From positions 64,001-128,000 of the forward strand of contig OZ244958.1 of assembly GCA_965222575.1 (NCBI GenBank): DNA of 64,000 bases, read 5' to 3'. The stretch comes from Alphaproteobacteria bacterium (GTDB lineage Bacteria; Pseudomonadota; Alphaproteobacteria; G965222575). Shown piece after piece: positions 29,276-39,902 of this stretch; position 1 is the first letter of the stretch; each line of letters opens with the position of its first letter. A program made the translations under genes and the position numbers. The notes beneath the pieces are model-generated. The model made no database searches. It was not told the origin of the DNA and worked only from the letters and a program-made list of their open reading frames with translations.

Positions 29276-30264
29276 TATTGCGCCCCCTTGCTTCTCAGAT
29301 ACGCCACTACCTCCTTGTGCTTCCCTAAGACTGCCAAATGCAGCGGTGTTGCGCCGTTGTTAGCCTGTGCATTCACCTCTGCCCTCTTCTCCACTAGGAA
29401 TATCACCACTTCTTTCTGCCCATTAAAGGCTGCCATATGGAGCGGTGTGATGCCGTCCTTGTTCTTTGCCTTCACAGAAGCCCCCTTCTCCACTAGAAAC
29501 GCCACAACCTCCTTGTGTCCCTCTATGGCTGCAAAATGGAGCGGTGTATCGCCGTCCTTGTTCTTTGCCTTCACAGAAGCCCCCGCTTCCACAAGAACTT
29601 CCACTACCTCTTTGTGCCCCTTAGAGGCTGCAAAATGGAGCGGTGTTAAGCCGTCCTTGCTTTCCTTGATATTGATATCTGCCCCTGCCTTCACAAGAAC
29701 TTCCACAATCTCCTTGTGCCCATCAGAGGCTGCCATATGAAGCGGTGTCAAGCCGTCCTCGTTCTTTGCATGAACATCTGCCCCCTGCGCTACAAGAACT
29801 TCCACTATCTCCTTGTGCCCAAAATAGGCTGCAAAATGGAGCGGTGTCATGCCTTCATCGTCCTGTGCGTGGAGTGAAGCCTCCTCCTTCAAAAGAACTT
29901 CCACCACCTCCTTGTGTCCATGTCTAGCTGCCACATGGAGTGGTATTATGCCGCCCATGCCCTTTGCCTTCACAGAAGCCCCCGCTTCCACAAGAACTTC
30001 CACTACCTCCTTGTGCCCTCCTAAGGCTGCCCAATGGAGTGGTGTTAAGCCGTCCTTGTCCTGTGCATTCACATCTGCCCCCTTCGCCACTAGGAATACC
30101 ACTTCCTCCATGTCCCCCTTAAAGACTGCCATATGGAGGAGGGTTGTGCTGTCATACTCCTGTGCATTCACCTCTGCCCCCTGCGCCACTTCATGAATTG
30201 GTGCGCAAAAGCCTTCACTCATAGCAAATAATAAAAAGAAAAAACAAATAAGTAAACGGCTCAT
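29275..30264 (-). CDS. Ankyrin-repeat protein, about 9 repeats, with signal peptide
   Basis: MSRLLICFFFLLFAMSEGFCAP followed by regular ankyrin units. Confidence 0.93.
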   Translation of the reverse strand: MSRLLICFFFLLFAMSEGFCAPIHEVAQGAEVNAQEYDSTTLLHMAVFKGDMEEVVFLVAKGADVNAQDKDGLTPLHWAALGGHKEVVEVLVEAGASVKAKGMGGIIPLHVAARHGHKEVVEVLLKEEASLHAQDDEGMTPLHFAAYFGHKEIVEVLVAQGADVHAKNEDGLTPLHMAASDGHKEIVEVLVKAGADINIKESKDGLTPLHFAASKGHKEVVEVLVEAGASVKAKNKDGDTPLHFAAIEGHKEVVAFLVEKGASVKAKNKDGITPLHMAAFNGQKEVVIFLVEKRAEVNAQANNGATPLHLAVLGKHKEVVAYLRSKGAQ

Positions 30265-30415
30265 CCTCTCCTCGCAAAATTTCTATACATCTAGTCTATC
30301 CTTTCTTTGTAGTGTTTGCAATTAAGATAACGCCGCCACTTTGTCCAACTTGACCGCTCTGTGGAGTAAGGTTCTGCTCTCCTGTCAAGTCAAGCCTTAA
30401 GACACAAAGGCAAGA

Positions 30416-30465
30416 TTACTTGCCCACCCTTGCTTCTGAGATACGCTATCACCTCAGAGAGGCGC
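30416..30465 (-). pseudogene. Orphan ankyrin tail fragment
   Basis: Translates RLSEVIAYLRSKGGQ, followed by the 34-bp repeat. Confidence 0.75.
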
Positions 30466-30528
30466 TAATACATATTGCAAAAACTATGAGTTTCTGATAG
30501 AGTTAACAGAACTAATAAAGGTACTCCC

Positions 30529-30774
30529 ATGTCTCATACCAGAAGCATATCTGCTCAGATTCCTTCAAAGCTTGCTGAGATGCTTAATAAGGTAGCAAAG
30601 AAAGAGGAACGCTCTAAAAGCTACTATATCAAAAAAGGGTTAGAAGAATTGCTCGCAAAGAGATTAGAGGACTTGGAAGATTATGCAGAGGCTCATCAAG
30701 CCTATGAGGACTTTCTAGCCTCAGGAGAGAAGAGCGTTTCTCTTAAAGAGATAAAGAAGAGGCATGCTCTTTAA
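30529..30774 (+). CDS. Type II antitoxin (ribbon-helix-helix, RelB-like)
   Basis: ISAQIP..L..L..VA....RSKSYYIKKGL RHH pattern, acidic C-terminus; upstream TTGCAA-N17-TAGAGT containing an AAACT-ATG-AGTTT palindrome. Confidence 0.85.
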   Translation: MSHTRSISAQIPSKLAEMLNKVAKKEERSKSYYIKKGLEELLAKRLEDLEDYAEAHQAYEDFLASGEKSVSLKEIKKRHAL

Positions 30775-31042
30775 GAGAATGTGGAGTGTCCGATTTTCAG
30801 AGAAAGCGGAGCATCAGTTTTCCAAACTCCCAAAGTCTCTACAACAGAAACTATCACAAGCCATAGAAGAGAAGCTGTGTGTCAATCCTAAATATCACCT
30901 AAAGCCCCTCCACGGACAGTGGAAGACGTATTATAGATTCCGTCTAGGAGATTACAGACTCTTATGTGTGAAGGAAGAGAAGTCTCTTTGTATTTTGGTT
31001 GTGACAATTAAGCATAGAAAAGAGGCTTATAAGAAACCATAG
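30764..31042 (+). CDS. RelE/ParE-family toxin
   Basis: WSVRFSEKAE, KPLHG, YRFRLGDYRLL, HRKEAY; start may be ATG 30779. Confidence 0.9.
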   Translation: MLFKRMWSVRFSEKAEHQFSKLPKSLQQKLSQAIEEKLCVNPKYHLKPLHGQWKTYYRFRLGDYRLLCVKEEKSLCILVVTIKHRKEAYKKP

Positions 31043-31082
31043 TCCCTTGCGCCCACACTTGCGCGATATCAGAAGGTAATCT

Positions 31083-31319
31083 CTAGTGATTAGGCTGTAA
31101 CTTATGCGCTTCCTTATAGGCTTTCTCAAAATGCCCATCAAGGTATTGAAGATTCTCTAATAAAATCATCATTATCATATTAACCTCATGTACCCCATCT
31201 TTCTTCTCATCACTAGACTTCTCCTTAAGTGACAACAACAAAGCATATAACTTATCAACAACCTCTTGGGTATGAGCGCATGTTGATAATAACTCTTCTT
31301 CTATATCGTAAATATTCAT
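31083..31319 (-). CDS. Small hypothetical helical protein
   Basis: 78-aa ORF with ATG and a plausible RBS; no recognisable motif. Confidence 0.45.
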   Translation of the reverse strand: MNIYDIEEELLSTCAHTQEVVDKLYALLLSLKEKSSDEKKDGVHEVNMIMMILLENLQYLDGHFEKAYKEAHKLQPNH

Positions 31320-31589
31320 CTTCTCACTAACCTGTTTTCTTAAAAGAGTACAAGATTGATACCTACATAATAAATCCTTATGCAGAGAGACACAATCAAT
31401 AATTTTCCCTAGAACTGTAACGCCAATGAACAGGGACTTTTTACGACTAAACTCTATGGCTTAGACTCAATACCCTATCATCTACAGATATCTAAAAGTC
31501 CCCACTTGAGGTTTGTCAACGAGTTACTAGTACATACTAGTATGCCCCATGGAACAGAATTATTGCGCCCCCGCTATTTTACATTGCGC

Positions 31590-34500
31590 TTAAAAGCGGT
31601 AAGAAAAGGAAAAGGAGAAAAATCTTTCCGGTAAAACTTCTTTTCTATGACCCCGCTCCAACCGTAACCCTCCAAGAAGCTTAAGACTCTGAATTGTCCC
31701 GCTTTTCTCATAACTCAAAAAGAACAAACGCTCAGACCCAGAAGGTGCCGTATTCCTAGGTTTCAAATCCCATAAATAATGCCCTTCCTCATCGATACCC
31801 ATATCCCAAACCCCCATGTCTAAAGTAGACCTAAGCGGTCTGCTAAAGCCAAAAGTCACTCTGTCCCCCTCTTCACTAACCCTCCATTGCCCCTCTAAAC
31901 CAAAACTCCTGCTCAACACCTCTAGTTTCTTAAACCAACCACTGTCTGCTTCCGCACTCACAGCCCGCGATACATAATAACTCCCCAAGAAAGTGACACT
32001 ACGAAAATGTAGAGACGTCTGCAAGTTCAGATACAAAGTCTTCCCATGTCCCACATCTAATAACTCCCGCCCCGTAATGCCTGCGACACTCCTGAAATCC
32101 TGAATATATCCCGTCTCCAGTTGAATAGGATAATGAGAGTACGCTACATAAAGACGATACCCTCCCGGTGAATAGGATTGGTCAAAATGCTCAACATACT
32201 GCCTGTTAGCCATGGTGAGACCAAGAGTCACATTCCCCACATTCTTCACTGACCGTTGAACAGATAAGGAATAATTAGGCGTTATTTGCGTTTCTTGTGG
32301 CATAGAATGATAAAGCCCCAACACAGTTTCTCCTGCTATATAAGGCTTTCCTTTTGCCTTTGTGCCAAGACCGAAACGATAAAGAGTCCCAGAAGCCCTC
32401 CAAGAGAAACTAAGCCCCAAAGAGCGCTTCGCTTCTTCAGAAGATTTCTGCTCCATTATCTGTTGTAGTTCATCCGGAAGCGGGACATCTAAGCCGGGGG
32501 TTTGCCAATATTGTAGATGCAAGTTCAGCCGTCCCCCAAAGAGTGTATGCCGTGTCGCTACCTGTTTCCCAGCAGGAACAAAAAATTGTAGGGATTTTAC
32601 CTGAGCAAAGCCTAAAAAGCCCTTGTAAAGAGAATAAGAAAAATCCCTATTGAAGTCATCCAGTACAGTAATACTTAAGGGTTGATTGTGTAAAGCATCT
32701 CCTAAACTCGGTGGGACAATGAAAGAAAGCTTTGGCGTAATAGGCACAGCACTAGCACTTCTAGCACTAACACCTCCAACAGCCGGTACTTTCTGAACAC
32801 CAATAGAACTCAGAGCCTGCCTGATATTCAGTAAGCCATGCCCAAAAACTTCATCAACGCCCGGTGCGCCTATATCATCGGCAGTTTGAAGCAAGACTTG
32901 GGCAATATCCTCTGCCTTAAGAGACGGCCAACGTTCCTTCAGCAAGGCAGCAGCGCCAGACACAATTGGTACCGCTATAGACGTATCAAAGGCGGGATTA
33001 TGAGTATTAAGTTTGCCACCAGAGTCACCCTCATGAGTATAATAATACTCGCCGTCGCTATTTTGTTGTTTTTCAATCCCGTTTTCTCCGTCACTGTGTG
33101 GATGCCAAACAAATCCTGACTTGGATAAAAGCCCGTAAGAGCTTCGTGGGGTTACATAGTACGATGGAGTACCCGCATCCGGCCCGCTCCACCTGCTCCT
33201 CTCCACTTGCGCAATATTCACCAGCCTTTCAGAATTGACGACAACAGGCGCAAATAAGCAAAAGTCTTTGGCTTCGCCACACCACCGCGAAAAGTCTGCT
33301 GATCTCGTTAGATGGACTCGCTCCACAGAGCGGTCATCGTCCCATGCAAAGACCTCTTTTATATCCGCTGCACCAACAGCAAGAACTCGTCCATAAAATT
33401 TTGGCAAATAAGCTCCTGCTGCAGGAGTACTCGGTGTTCGAGGTTCATTTCTGTTCCTATTGCCAAGAGCACTCACCACAAGGATTCCTTCATGGGTGAA
33501 ATACTCAATGAGCTGTTCCACCGTGTTATCCTGCTGGTTATCAGCATCCGACAAACTGATATTCACAATATCAATAGAGTTATCAATAGAGTCTAAATGC
33601 TGGCGAAACAAACCGAACTCATTATTGAAGTTAGTTCGAATCTCATTTACGGGAACAGGGTCCTCACGCGTCTTGAGCTCATGTGTTACTATTCTTGTCA
33701 GATATTTTCTGATGTCTAGAGGAAAAATTTCGGCGTTATAAGCAACGCCATGGGGCCATATACCAGCCATATTTTCCACCAATTCTTCATCCGTCTTACC
33801 GCTATAATGGGTCTTTCCCGAAGCAATAATGCGTGAGACTATGGTGCCATGAAAGTCCCTGTCACCTTTTGGTGGCAGAATCACTTCATTCCAATTCTCA
33901 TCGGTAACTCCCATCCCTTGCATTAACTTTTTCACAAAATGGCTATCTAAAACGCCAACCAGGACTCCCTTGCCTGTAATGCCGCGCGCATAGGCATGGG
34001 CTACGCCAATCATATCAAAAATTTGGGCGTTATAGCGATAGCCTATATGTTGGAAAGCATTTTCATAGCGCGCATCATATATGTCTTGCGCCTGTTGTTC
34101 AGTTAGGGAAGACCAGTCTGTGTCCCAATGAGAATCACGTTTCGGGTGATAAGGATTACTCCAGCCTAAGTAAATCATTTTAGACGTTTTCACCTTAACA
34201 GTGTGTTCTCCTCTTTTTCTAATGAACTTCCAAAGGTGATCGTTGTGACTAATGTTTGGCAAGGCTTCGTCCGAGAATATCTGACCCGAGTCCCAAACGT
34301 AAAAGAAACTCTCATCATTCCCCGTTTTCCTTGTATATTTTGGTTCCACATAAGAGAAGACAGTGAATTTATCATTAGTGACTCCCTGCGTAAATGTTTT
34401 CTCTGCATTTTCCGCGTAAATGGCAATGGTTTCTATCTCACTAGCAAGCATATGAGCTTGGTTTGCTTTCAAGGTTGCTCCATTCACTGCATCAATGATA

Positions 34501-35210
34501 TCCTCGGCGAGATTTACGTTTTCATCTTTGTCATCTTTCGGCTCTCCATTAGGGACAAGCATTCTGATTTCATTGTCTCTTATAGCTTCTGCTTCCCTGG
34601 CAAAACGCGTTGCAGTAACACTTATAAGGCGAGCTGTACCAGCCTTTTCTCTTGCGAACTGAGCCTTAGAATGTATCTCGGCAACTGTTATGGTGTCTTG
34701 AGTAGTTTGTATGTCATACAGAATTTGTCTGATTTCTTCCAAGGCATTTTCAGCTTTTAGCTCTTCAGTATTTGCTAAGATGAGTAATTTGTCCAGCTGT
34801 TCAGTGTTTGCCGCCCGCACGGGAACTTCTAGAGCAGCTGCAATTGTCTCCGCTGCTACCGCCGCCGTATTGGCTTCCTTGCGCGCTGTTACTGCCTCCG
34901 AAGCCGCATCATCCGCCTCGTCGGCCTTGTCAGCATTATGGTCTCTGAGTGCTTCTGCTTTATTCGCCGCAACGCGTGCCACTCGAGCAGCTCTTTGAGC
35001 AACAATAGCTGCATCCCTCGCAATCTTTGCCTGTTCCCGGGCTTCAAAGGCAGTAACATCATCCTTTGCTGCCGCCTTTTGCGCCGCTTCCGCCGCCTCT
35101 TTCGCCGCTATTGCTTTGTTTGCCTGTATTCTCGCAACAGCAGCCCAACCACTTGCTTTTACCTTTTCTTCGTCAGCTTTTTGAACGCCAGCCTTCAGTT
35201 CTTGATACAA
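31590..35210 (-). CDS. C-terminal part of giant autotransporter: Ala-rich stalk end, S8 subtilase, beta-barrel-like C-terminus
   Basis: GKGVLVGVLDS (Asp), FHGTIV (His), DTSIAVPIVSGAAALL (Ser), GVDEVFGHGLLN; ends FSFSFSYRF. Confidence 0.85.
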   Translation of the reverse strand: MYQELKAGVQKADEEKVKASGWAAVARIQANKAIAAKEAAEAAQKAAAKDDVTAFEAREQAKIARDAAIVAQRAARVARVAANKAEALRDHNADKADEADDAASEAVTARKEANTAAVAAETIAAALEVPVRAANTEQLDKLLILANTEELKAENALEEIRQILYDIQTTQDTITVAEIHSKAQFAREKAGTARLISVTATRFAREAEAIRDNEIRMLVPNGEPKDDKDENVNLAEDIIDAVNGATLKANQAHMLASEIETIAIYAENAEKTFTQGVTNDKFTVFSYVEPKYTRKTGNDESFFYVWDSGQIFSDEALPNISHNDHLWKFIRKRGEHTVKVKTSKMIYLGWSNPYHPKRDSHWDTDWSSLTEQQAQDIYDARYENAFQHIGYRYNAQIFDMIGVAHAYARGITGKGVLVGVLDSHFVKKLMQGMGVTDENWNEVILPPKGDRDFHGTIVSRIIASGKTHYSGKTDEELVENMAGIWPHGVAYNAEIFPLDIRKYLTRIVTHELKTREDPVPVNEIRTNFNNEFGLFRQHLDSIDNSIDIVNISLSDADNQQDNTVEQLIEYFTHEGILVVSALGNRNRNEPRTPSTPAAGAYLPKFYGRVLAVGAADIKEVFAWDDDRSVERVHLTRSADFSRWCGEAKDFCLFAPVVVNSERLVNIAQVERSRWSGPDAGTPSYYVTPRSSYGLLSKSGFVWHPHSDGENGIEKQQNSDGEYYYTHEGDSGGKLNTHNPAFDTSIAVPIVSGAAALLKERWPSLKAEDIAQVLLQTADDIGAPGVDEVFGHGLLNIRQALSSIGVQKVPAVGGVSARSASAVPITPKLSFIVPPSLGDALHNQPLSITVLDDFNRDFSYSLYKGFLGFAQVKSLQFFVPAGKQVATRHTLFGGRLNLHLQYWQTPGLDVPLPDELQQIMEQKSSEEAKRSLGLSFSWRASGTLYRFGLGTKAKGKPYIAGETVLGLYHSMPQETQITPNYSLSVQRSVKNVGNVTLGLTMANRQYVEHFDQSYSPGGYRLYVAYSHYPIQLETGYIQDFRSVAGITGRELLDVGHGKTLYLNLQTSLHFRSVTFLGSYYVSRAVSAEADSGWFKKLEVLSRSFGLEGQWRVSEEGDRVTFGFSRPLRSTLDMGVWDMGIDEEGHYLWDLKPRNTAPSGSERLFFLSYEKSGTIQSLKLLGGLRLERGHRKEVLPERFFSFSFSYRF

Positions 35211-35305
35211 ATCGTGTGCTATATCGGCTTATCGATTCTCGCTTGATGCAACACCGCTATCTGCGGCTTTTGCGGCTGCAAGCACAGAGGCGGCCTTTTG
35301 CAGCA

Positions 35306-35617
35306 TCAGATGGATGCGAGTTTATCCGCTTCATTAGATGCCGCGTGCGCCGCTCCTGCAGCAACTGCAGCATCACTGTATGCGTGTACGGCTTTTATGT
35401 AAGCTTTGTATGCCTTTCTATAATCCAAAGTTGCTTGAGCGGCTTCCGCCTCTAAACGTGCCGCTATGACTTCATCCCGCGCGTCTTCCGCTTCCTTCTG
35501 TTTTGTAAGCGCTGTCCTTAAATATCCATCTAGCAGTCGTTGGTCAGCACTTTGGAAGGACAAAGCTCTTCCCCTATCACGAATGAGAAGGGCTACCTTT
35601 ATTGTCTCATCCCGCAC
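35306..35617 (-). pseudogene. Middle fragment of the same giant gene (several indels in 35210-35775)
   Basis: Same LDGYLRTA/Ala-rich repeat style as the flanking ORFs; alternate frames continue the Ala-rich text across both junctions. Confidence 0.7.
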
Positions 35618-35681
35618 ATTTGCTGCCTCTTGAGCTTTAAGTCTTTGCCGTCTACCGCCTGTGGGGCTTGTTCGTTGAGTG

Positions 35682-38600
35682 TTAGGGCTTCCTGAGCCGC
35701 CGTATCTGCGGCATCTGCGGCAGTTCTTGCCGCCACAACACTAACATTTTGAGCGGTAGCCAGTAGTGCTTATTGGCTTCGTTTAAATCGGATGTTGCTT
35801 GTGCCGCAACCAATAAGTTATCAACAGCACTTTTAGCCTGTCTTGCCTTCCCTAGTTGTTTCTCTACCTCCGCCAAAAGTTCCTCTAATTTAGTGTTTTT
35901 TGCATTGCTTACTATCATTTCGGCAGCAAAAGCAACATTATCAGCAACTTTGGCTGCGTTTTCTGCCGCAAGCACATGCCTTTTAATGTCGGCAAGCGTT
36001 GCCGTATCACTTGGCCCTAGGAGCTTTGCTTCCTCATAGGCAGAGTTCACCAACCCAGCCAAGTAATTAGCCTGAGTGGCAGCACTCCTCGCTACCTCGG
36101 CTTGATTATTTGCTTTAAGGAGATTCCCTGCAGTAGCAGCTGCTTCTGCCTCATCCCGCGCGGCTCTTGCTTTCTGTACCTCTCCCGGCACTTTTCCTGC
36201 TTCATCTCGTGCTGTTTTTAAAAATCCAGTGATATCCGCAACTATAGGAGCTTGTTCTTGTGTCTCCGTTACTGTTTCGGCTTCAGTAGCAGCAGCTTCT
36301 GCGGCAACCGCAGCACTATCAGCATTAGTAGCAGCCAAAACAATAGCCTCAATTGTCAAAGCCTCATCTTGCGTATTGTTCAATTTTGGGTATGTTAGCG
36401 CTTGACGAGAAGCCGCAAGAGCGGAATCAGCAGCCTTTCGTGCTAATGTGGCTTTACTCCTCGCGACCAAGACGTTCGGGTTCGCATCAGCGGGTGTGGC
36501 GGCATTGAGCGCCAAATCCCGTGCGCCTTCTGCCTCCCCTTGAAAGCCTTTTGCGTCACTTTCTCCTTGCTCTGCCGTTTTTAACAATTGACCGAGCTCG
36601 TCATTCTTCGCTGATACAGTAGCAACAACAGCTTCTTCTGCGGCAGTAGCAGCAGCTTGTGCTTGCTCTTTATATTGAGTGGCAAGAGCCGCCACCGCCA
36701 AAACTTCTTGAGTCTGTTGACTGGTAGAGTTCATTTTTTGGGCTTCATCAGAGGCCTCTACCGCCGCACCTGCGGCTTCTTCAGCCTTAGTGGCGAAACC
36801 ACGCGCGTTACCTGCTTGCCGCCGCACTTGGGCAACAGTAACACCCTCTTTTTCCGCCGCCCTTTGAGCAGCTATCGCTTGATTCCGCGCAGTTTTTGCC
36901 TTCGCCTGTTCCGCCTTTGCCGTTGCTAAATGTTCACCTAGCGTTTCTTCCAGTTTCATATTGTCTGCGATTCTTTGAACAGAATCGGCAGCGGCTTGAG
37001 CTTCATCGGCCCAGCCTTGAATTTGAGAGATGATTCCTTGAACTTTATTGCCTATGATATCGGCCATTCGAACGAGGTCGCTACGTTTCGTCCATTCCTT
37101 TGCGTCATCAGCGGCCCTTTGAACTTGATTGGCCACGTCTTGAGCGCCAGAGGCAATTTTTTGAGCAGCAGTGTAATTGGTAGCATCTGTCACAGAATTT
37201 TTCGCCCGATCCGCATAATGTTGTCCCCACCACCCTCGACTGTAAGGACTTCCATCTGCATCACATTCGGCGTTAAAGTGCCACCCTAGGAGATACTTTG
37301 CGTTAATTTCGGCAATTCGAGCGGCTTCGGTAGCGGCTTGAGCTTCATCGGCCTCTGTCTTCACAGCTGCGGCCTTTTGAGGATTAAAGGACTTGAGTGT
37401 TTGCGCTTCTCGAGACGCCGCTGCTGCCGCCGCTGACGCAGTCTGCGCGCTCTTATACGCTGCAATCGCCCTCCTAGTGGGTCTCTCTGCTAGGACGAGA
37501 GAGGCCGCATCTTTCGTCGCCCACCGTGCCGTCTCCGCCTCCCTTTTCGCGGCTTCTGCGGCCTCTTTTCCTAGCCGTGCCGTTTCTAACAATTCATCTA
37601 GCCTTTTTTCCGCAACTGCGGCACCAGCAGCAGTACTAGCGGCAGAAGCAACTTCTCCTGCTTCCCTTGCATATCTCTCTGCCGCCTCTGCCGCTATATT
37701 CGCATTAATGGCCTGCGTAGTGGTAGAGTCGATATTGTTGGCTGCAGTAGCCGCATCTCCCGCCTCACGGGCGGCGTCTTCCGCTTTACCCTGCTCGTCT
37801 TCCGCATCACCAACAGCAGTTGTATCAGTAGTATCTCCCGCCCTACCCCGCGCCGCTTTAGCGGCGTTCAGTGCAATTAAGGCGTCACTTTCTCCTTTCT
37901 CTGCCGTTTTTAGAAGGGTCTCTAGCTCGGAAGTCTTTTGAGTCGACAAATTTCCTTCGGCTTCATCAACAACACTTTCTGCTTCACCAGCAAAACCCTC
38001 AGCATTAGTAGCAGCCGAAGCAATAGCAACAATTGTCAAAGCCTCAGCCTGCGTATTGCTCGAGTCTGGGTATTTTAGAGCAACTTCATCAGAAGCATCA
38101 CCAGCAGAATTAGCAGCACTTAGTGCTTTTCCGGCAGCATCACTCACGAGAGCAACTTTCAGTTTCTTAGCAGCGTATGTGGTGATATTGAGCACCACTT
38201 GCAGTGCGGCTCTGGTTTTACGAAGCGCTTCTTTTGCATCACTTTCTCCTGTCTGTGCCGTTGTTAAATATCCATTGAGCTCTTTACTCTTCACTGATAC
38301 AGCAGCAGCAGCAGCGTCTTTAGCGTCTTTAGCAACTACTTGTGCGAGCTTTTTATGTTGAAGGGCTCTTAAAGCAGCCGCAGAAGCTTCTCGAGCTTGC
38401 CTACTGTTAGAGTCGATGCCATCGGCTTCATCAGATGCCGAATCTGCCGCAGATACGGCGTCTTCCGCTTTACCAGCTTGTTGAGAAGCAATACCTGCTT
38501 GTATCAGTGCTTCAACGGTAGTAACACCAACTTTTCCCGCCTCCTTTTTCGCCGCTTTAGCGGCATTCAGTGCCGCTTCTGCGTCACTTTCCCCTTTCCG

Positions 38601-39593
38601 TGCCGTTTTTAACAATTTATTTAGCTGCAGGGTTTTAGCATTGTCTTCTAGCGTCAACGCCGCTGTTTCTGCTTCACCAGCAAAATCATCGGCAGTCTGA
38701 GCGGCTTGTTCCGCGTCATTGGCCACTTCCTTCACAGCTTTGACAATTCCGGCAGTTGTATCGTTAAAGAATTTGAATGGGAGCGCTTCATAATACGCCT
38801 CTTTCGCCAATCCAGCAGCAGTTTGAGCGTCATCGGCGAAACCACGCGCGTACCCTGCTTCATCCCGCGCTGTAGCGGCAGTAACATCAGCCGCTTGCGC
38901 CAAATTCCGTGCGTCTTCCGCATCATCCCGTGCATCTTCCGCATCACCTTTTTTTCTCTTTGCCGTTGCTAACAATGCATTGAGATTTTCTTCCGCAGAG
39001 TCAGCAGCGGCCTCAGATTTGGAATCATAATCCTTTATTATTTTAGTTGCTCTTTCTACCAATGTTGCGTCTTTTTTAGCTTCCTCAGCAACAACAAAAG
39101 CAGCTGTAATAGCTTCGATCATGGCTACTTGGGCTTTCGTTGCTAAGCCTATTGCCTTTCTCATCGCTTCCATTATCTTCTCAACTTGCGTCGGGTCTTT
39201 ATCATATAAGTCCTGAACTTTCTTCGCCGCATCTGCAGCGGCTTTAGCCGCCTTGATAGCGTCTTCAGCAGCTTTGGTGGCCTCGGCAGCCTTGGTGGTT
39301 ACAGTCTCTACTGTAGATTCAGTGAACGGCTTTACTGCTTCCTTAAGAGTGTCAGCATCTTCCACTGCAGTTGCAGCAGTTGACGTTACACTTGTGACCC
39401 TATCCTCGCTCACTGATTGAGAAGAAGATGAAGGTATCGAACCCCCACTTGCGCCTCCGCCTACACTTGCGCCTCCGCCCCCGCCCCCACTTGCACTTCC
39501 GCCCCCGCCCCCGCAACCCTGTAGCATTAAACCAACCCCTGCCACACAAAGTGAGACAAAAAATCCTCTCTTCAGGCTTTTCCCTTTACTCAT
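35682..39593 (-). CDS. N-terminal part of giant surface lipoprotein, Ala-rich helical repeats
   Basis: Signal peptide with lipobox LQGC, poly-Gly/Ser linker, recurring L..LL.TA..GE.DA helical units. Confidence 0.8.
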   Translation of the reverse strand: MSKGKSLKRGFFVSLCVAGVGLMLQGCGGGGGSASGGGGGGASVGGGASGGSIPSSSSQSVSEDRVTSVTSTAATAVEDADTLKEAVKPFTESTVETVTTKAAEATKAAEDAIKAAKAAADAAKKVQDLYDKDPTQVEKIMEAMRKAIGLATKAQVAMIEAITAAFVVAEEAKKDATLVERATKIIKDYDSKSEAAADSAEENLNALLATAKRKKGDAEDARDDAEDARNLAQAADVTAATARDEAGYARGFADDAQTAAGLAKEAYYEALPFKFFNDTTAGIVKAVKEVANDAEQAAQTADDFAGEAETAALTLEDNAKTLQLNKLLKTARKGESDAEAALNAAKAAKKEAGKVGVTTVEALIQAGIASQQAGKAEDAVSAADSASDEADGIDSNSRQAREASAAALRALQHKKLAQVVAKDAKDAAAAAVSVKSKELNGYLTTAQTGESDAKEALRKTRAALQVVLNITTYAAKKLKVALVSDAAGKALSAANSAGDASDEVALKYPDSSNTQAEALTIVAIASAATNAEGFAGEAESVVDEAEGNLSTQKTSELETLLKTAEKGESDALIALNAAKAARGRAGDTTDTTAVGDAEDEQGKAEDAAREAGDAATAANNIDSTTTQAINANIAAEAAERYAREAGEVASAASTAAGAAVAEKRLDELLETARLGKEAAEAAKREAETARWATKDAASLVLAERPTRRAIAAYKSAQTASAAAAAASREAQTLKSFNPQKAAAVKTEADEAQAATEAARIAEINAKYLLGWHFNAECDADGSPYSRGWWGQHYADRAKNSVTDATNYTAAQKIASGAQDVANQVQRAADDAKEWTKRSDLVRMADIIGNKVQGIISQIQGWADEAQAAADSVQRIADNMKLEETLGEHLATAKAEQAKAKTARNQAIAAQRAAEKEGVTVAQVRRQAGNARGFATKAEEAAGAAVEASDEAQKMNSTSQQTQEVLAVAALATQYKEQAQAAATAAEEAVVATVSAKNDELGQLLKTAEQGESDAKGFQGEAEGARDLALNAATPADANPNVLVARSKATLARKAADSALAASRQALTYPKLNNTQDEALTIEAIVLAATNADSAAVAAEAAATEAETVTETQEQAPIVADITGFLKTARDEAGKVPGEVQKARAARDEAEAAATAGNLLKANNQAEVARSAATQANYLAGLVNSAYEEAKLLGPSDTATLADIKRHVLAAENAAKVADNVAFAAEMIVSNAKNTKLEELLAEVEKQLGKARQAKSAVDNLLVAAQATSDLNEANKHYWLPLKMLVLWRQELPQMPQIRRLRKP

Positions 39594-39735
39594 TATATTA
39601 TCTCCACCTAATAAACACTAACCTATGCCCTAATTTAACAACATCTTGATGATTTTTCAAGTCAATTTTCCTATTAATTTCATTCTACAGAATTTTTCGT
39701 CCATCCTTGCGCCTGTTTTCCAACAAAGAGAGAGG

Positions 39736-39775
39736 GCTTGTGAAGCACAGCTTGTGAAGCACAGCTTGTGAAGCA
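39736..39775. repeat. 14-bp tandem repeat, about 3 copies (GCTTGTGAAGCACA)
   Basis: In the divergent intergenic region; each unit contains a GCTT-GTG-AAGC inverted repeat. Confidence 0.85.
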
Positions 39776-39902
39776 GGAGATACTCTAGGATACTCCATAC
39801 AACCTCTAAAAACTGCCAATACTCAAAGGCAGTGGATTTAAAAGAAAATTCACTCTCTTTATTATATGATTCCCTATCAATCTTACTTATTCCCCTCCAA
39901 CC

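Noticed and set aside
27516-30196. Plus-strand ORFs over the ankyrin genes, and similar short antisense ORFs elsewhere
   Set aside because: Shadow frames of well-supported genes.
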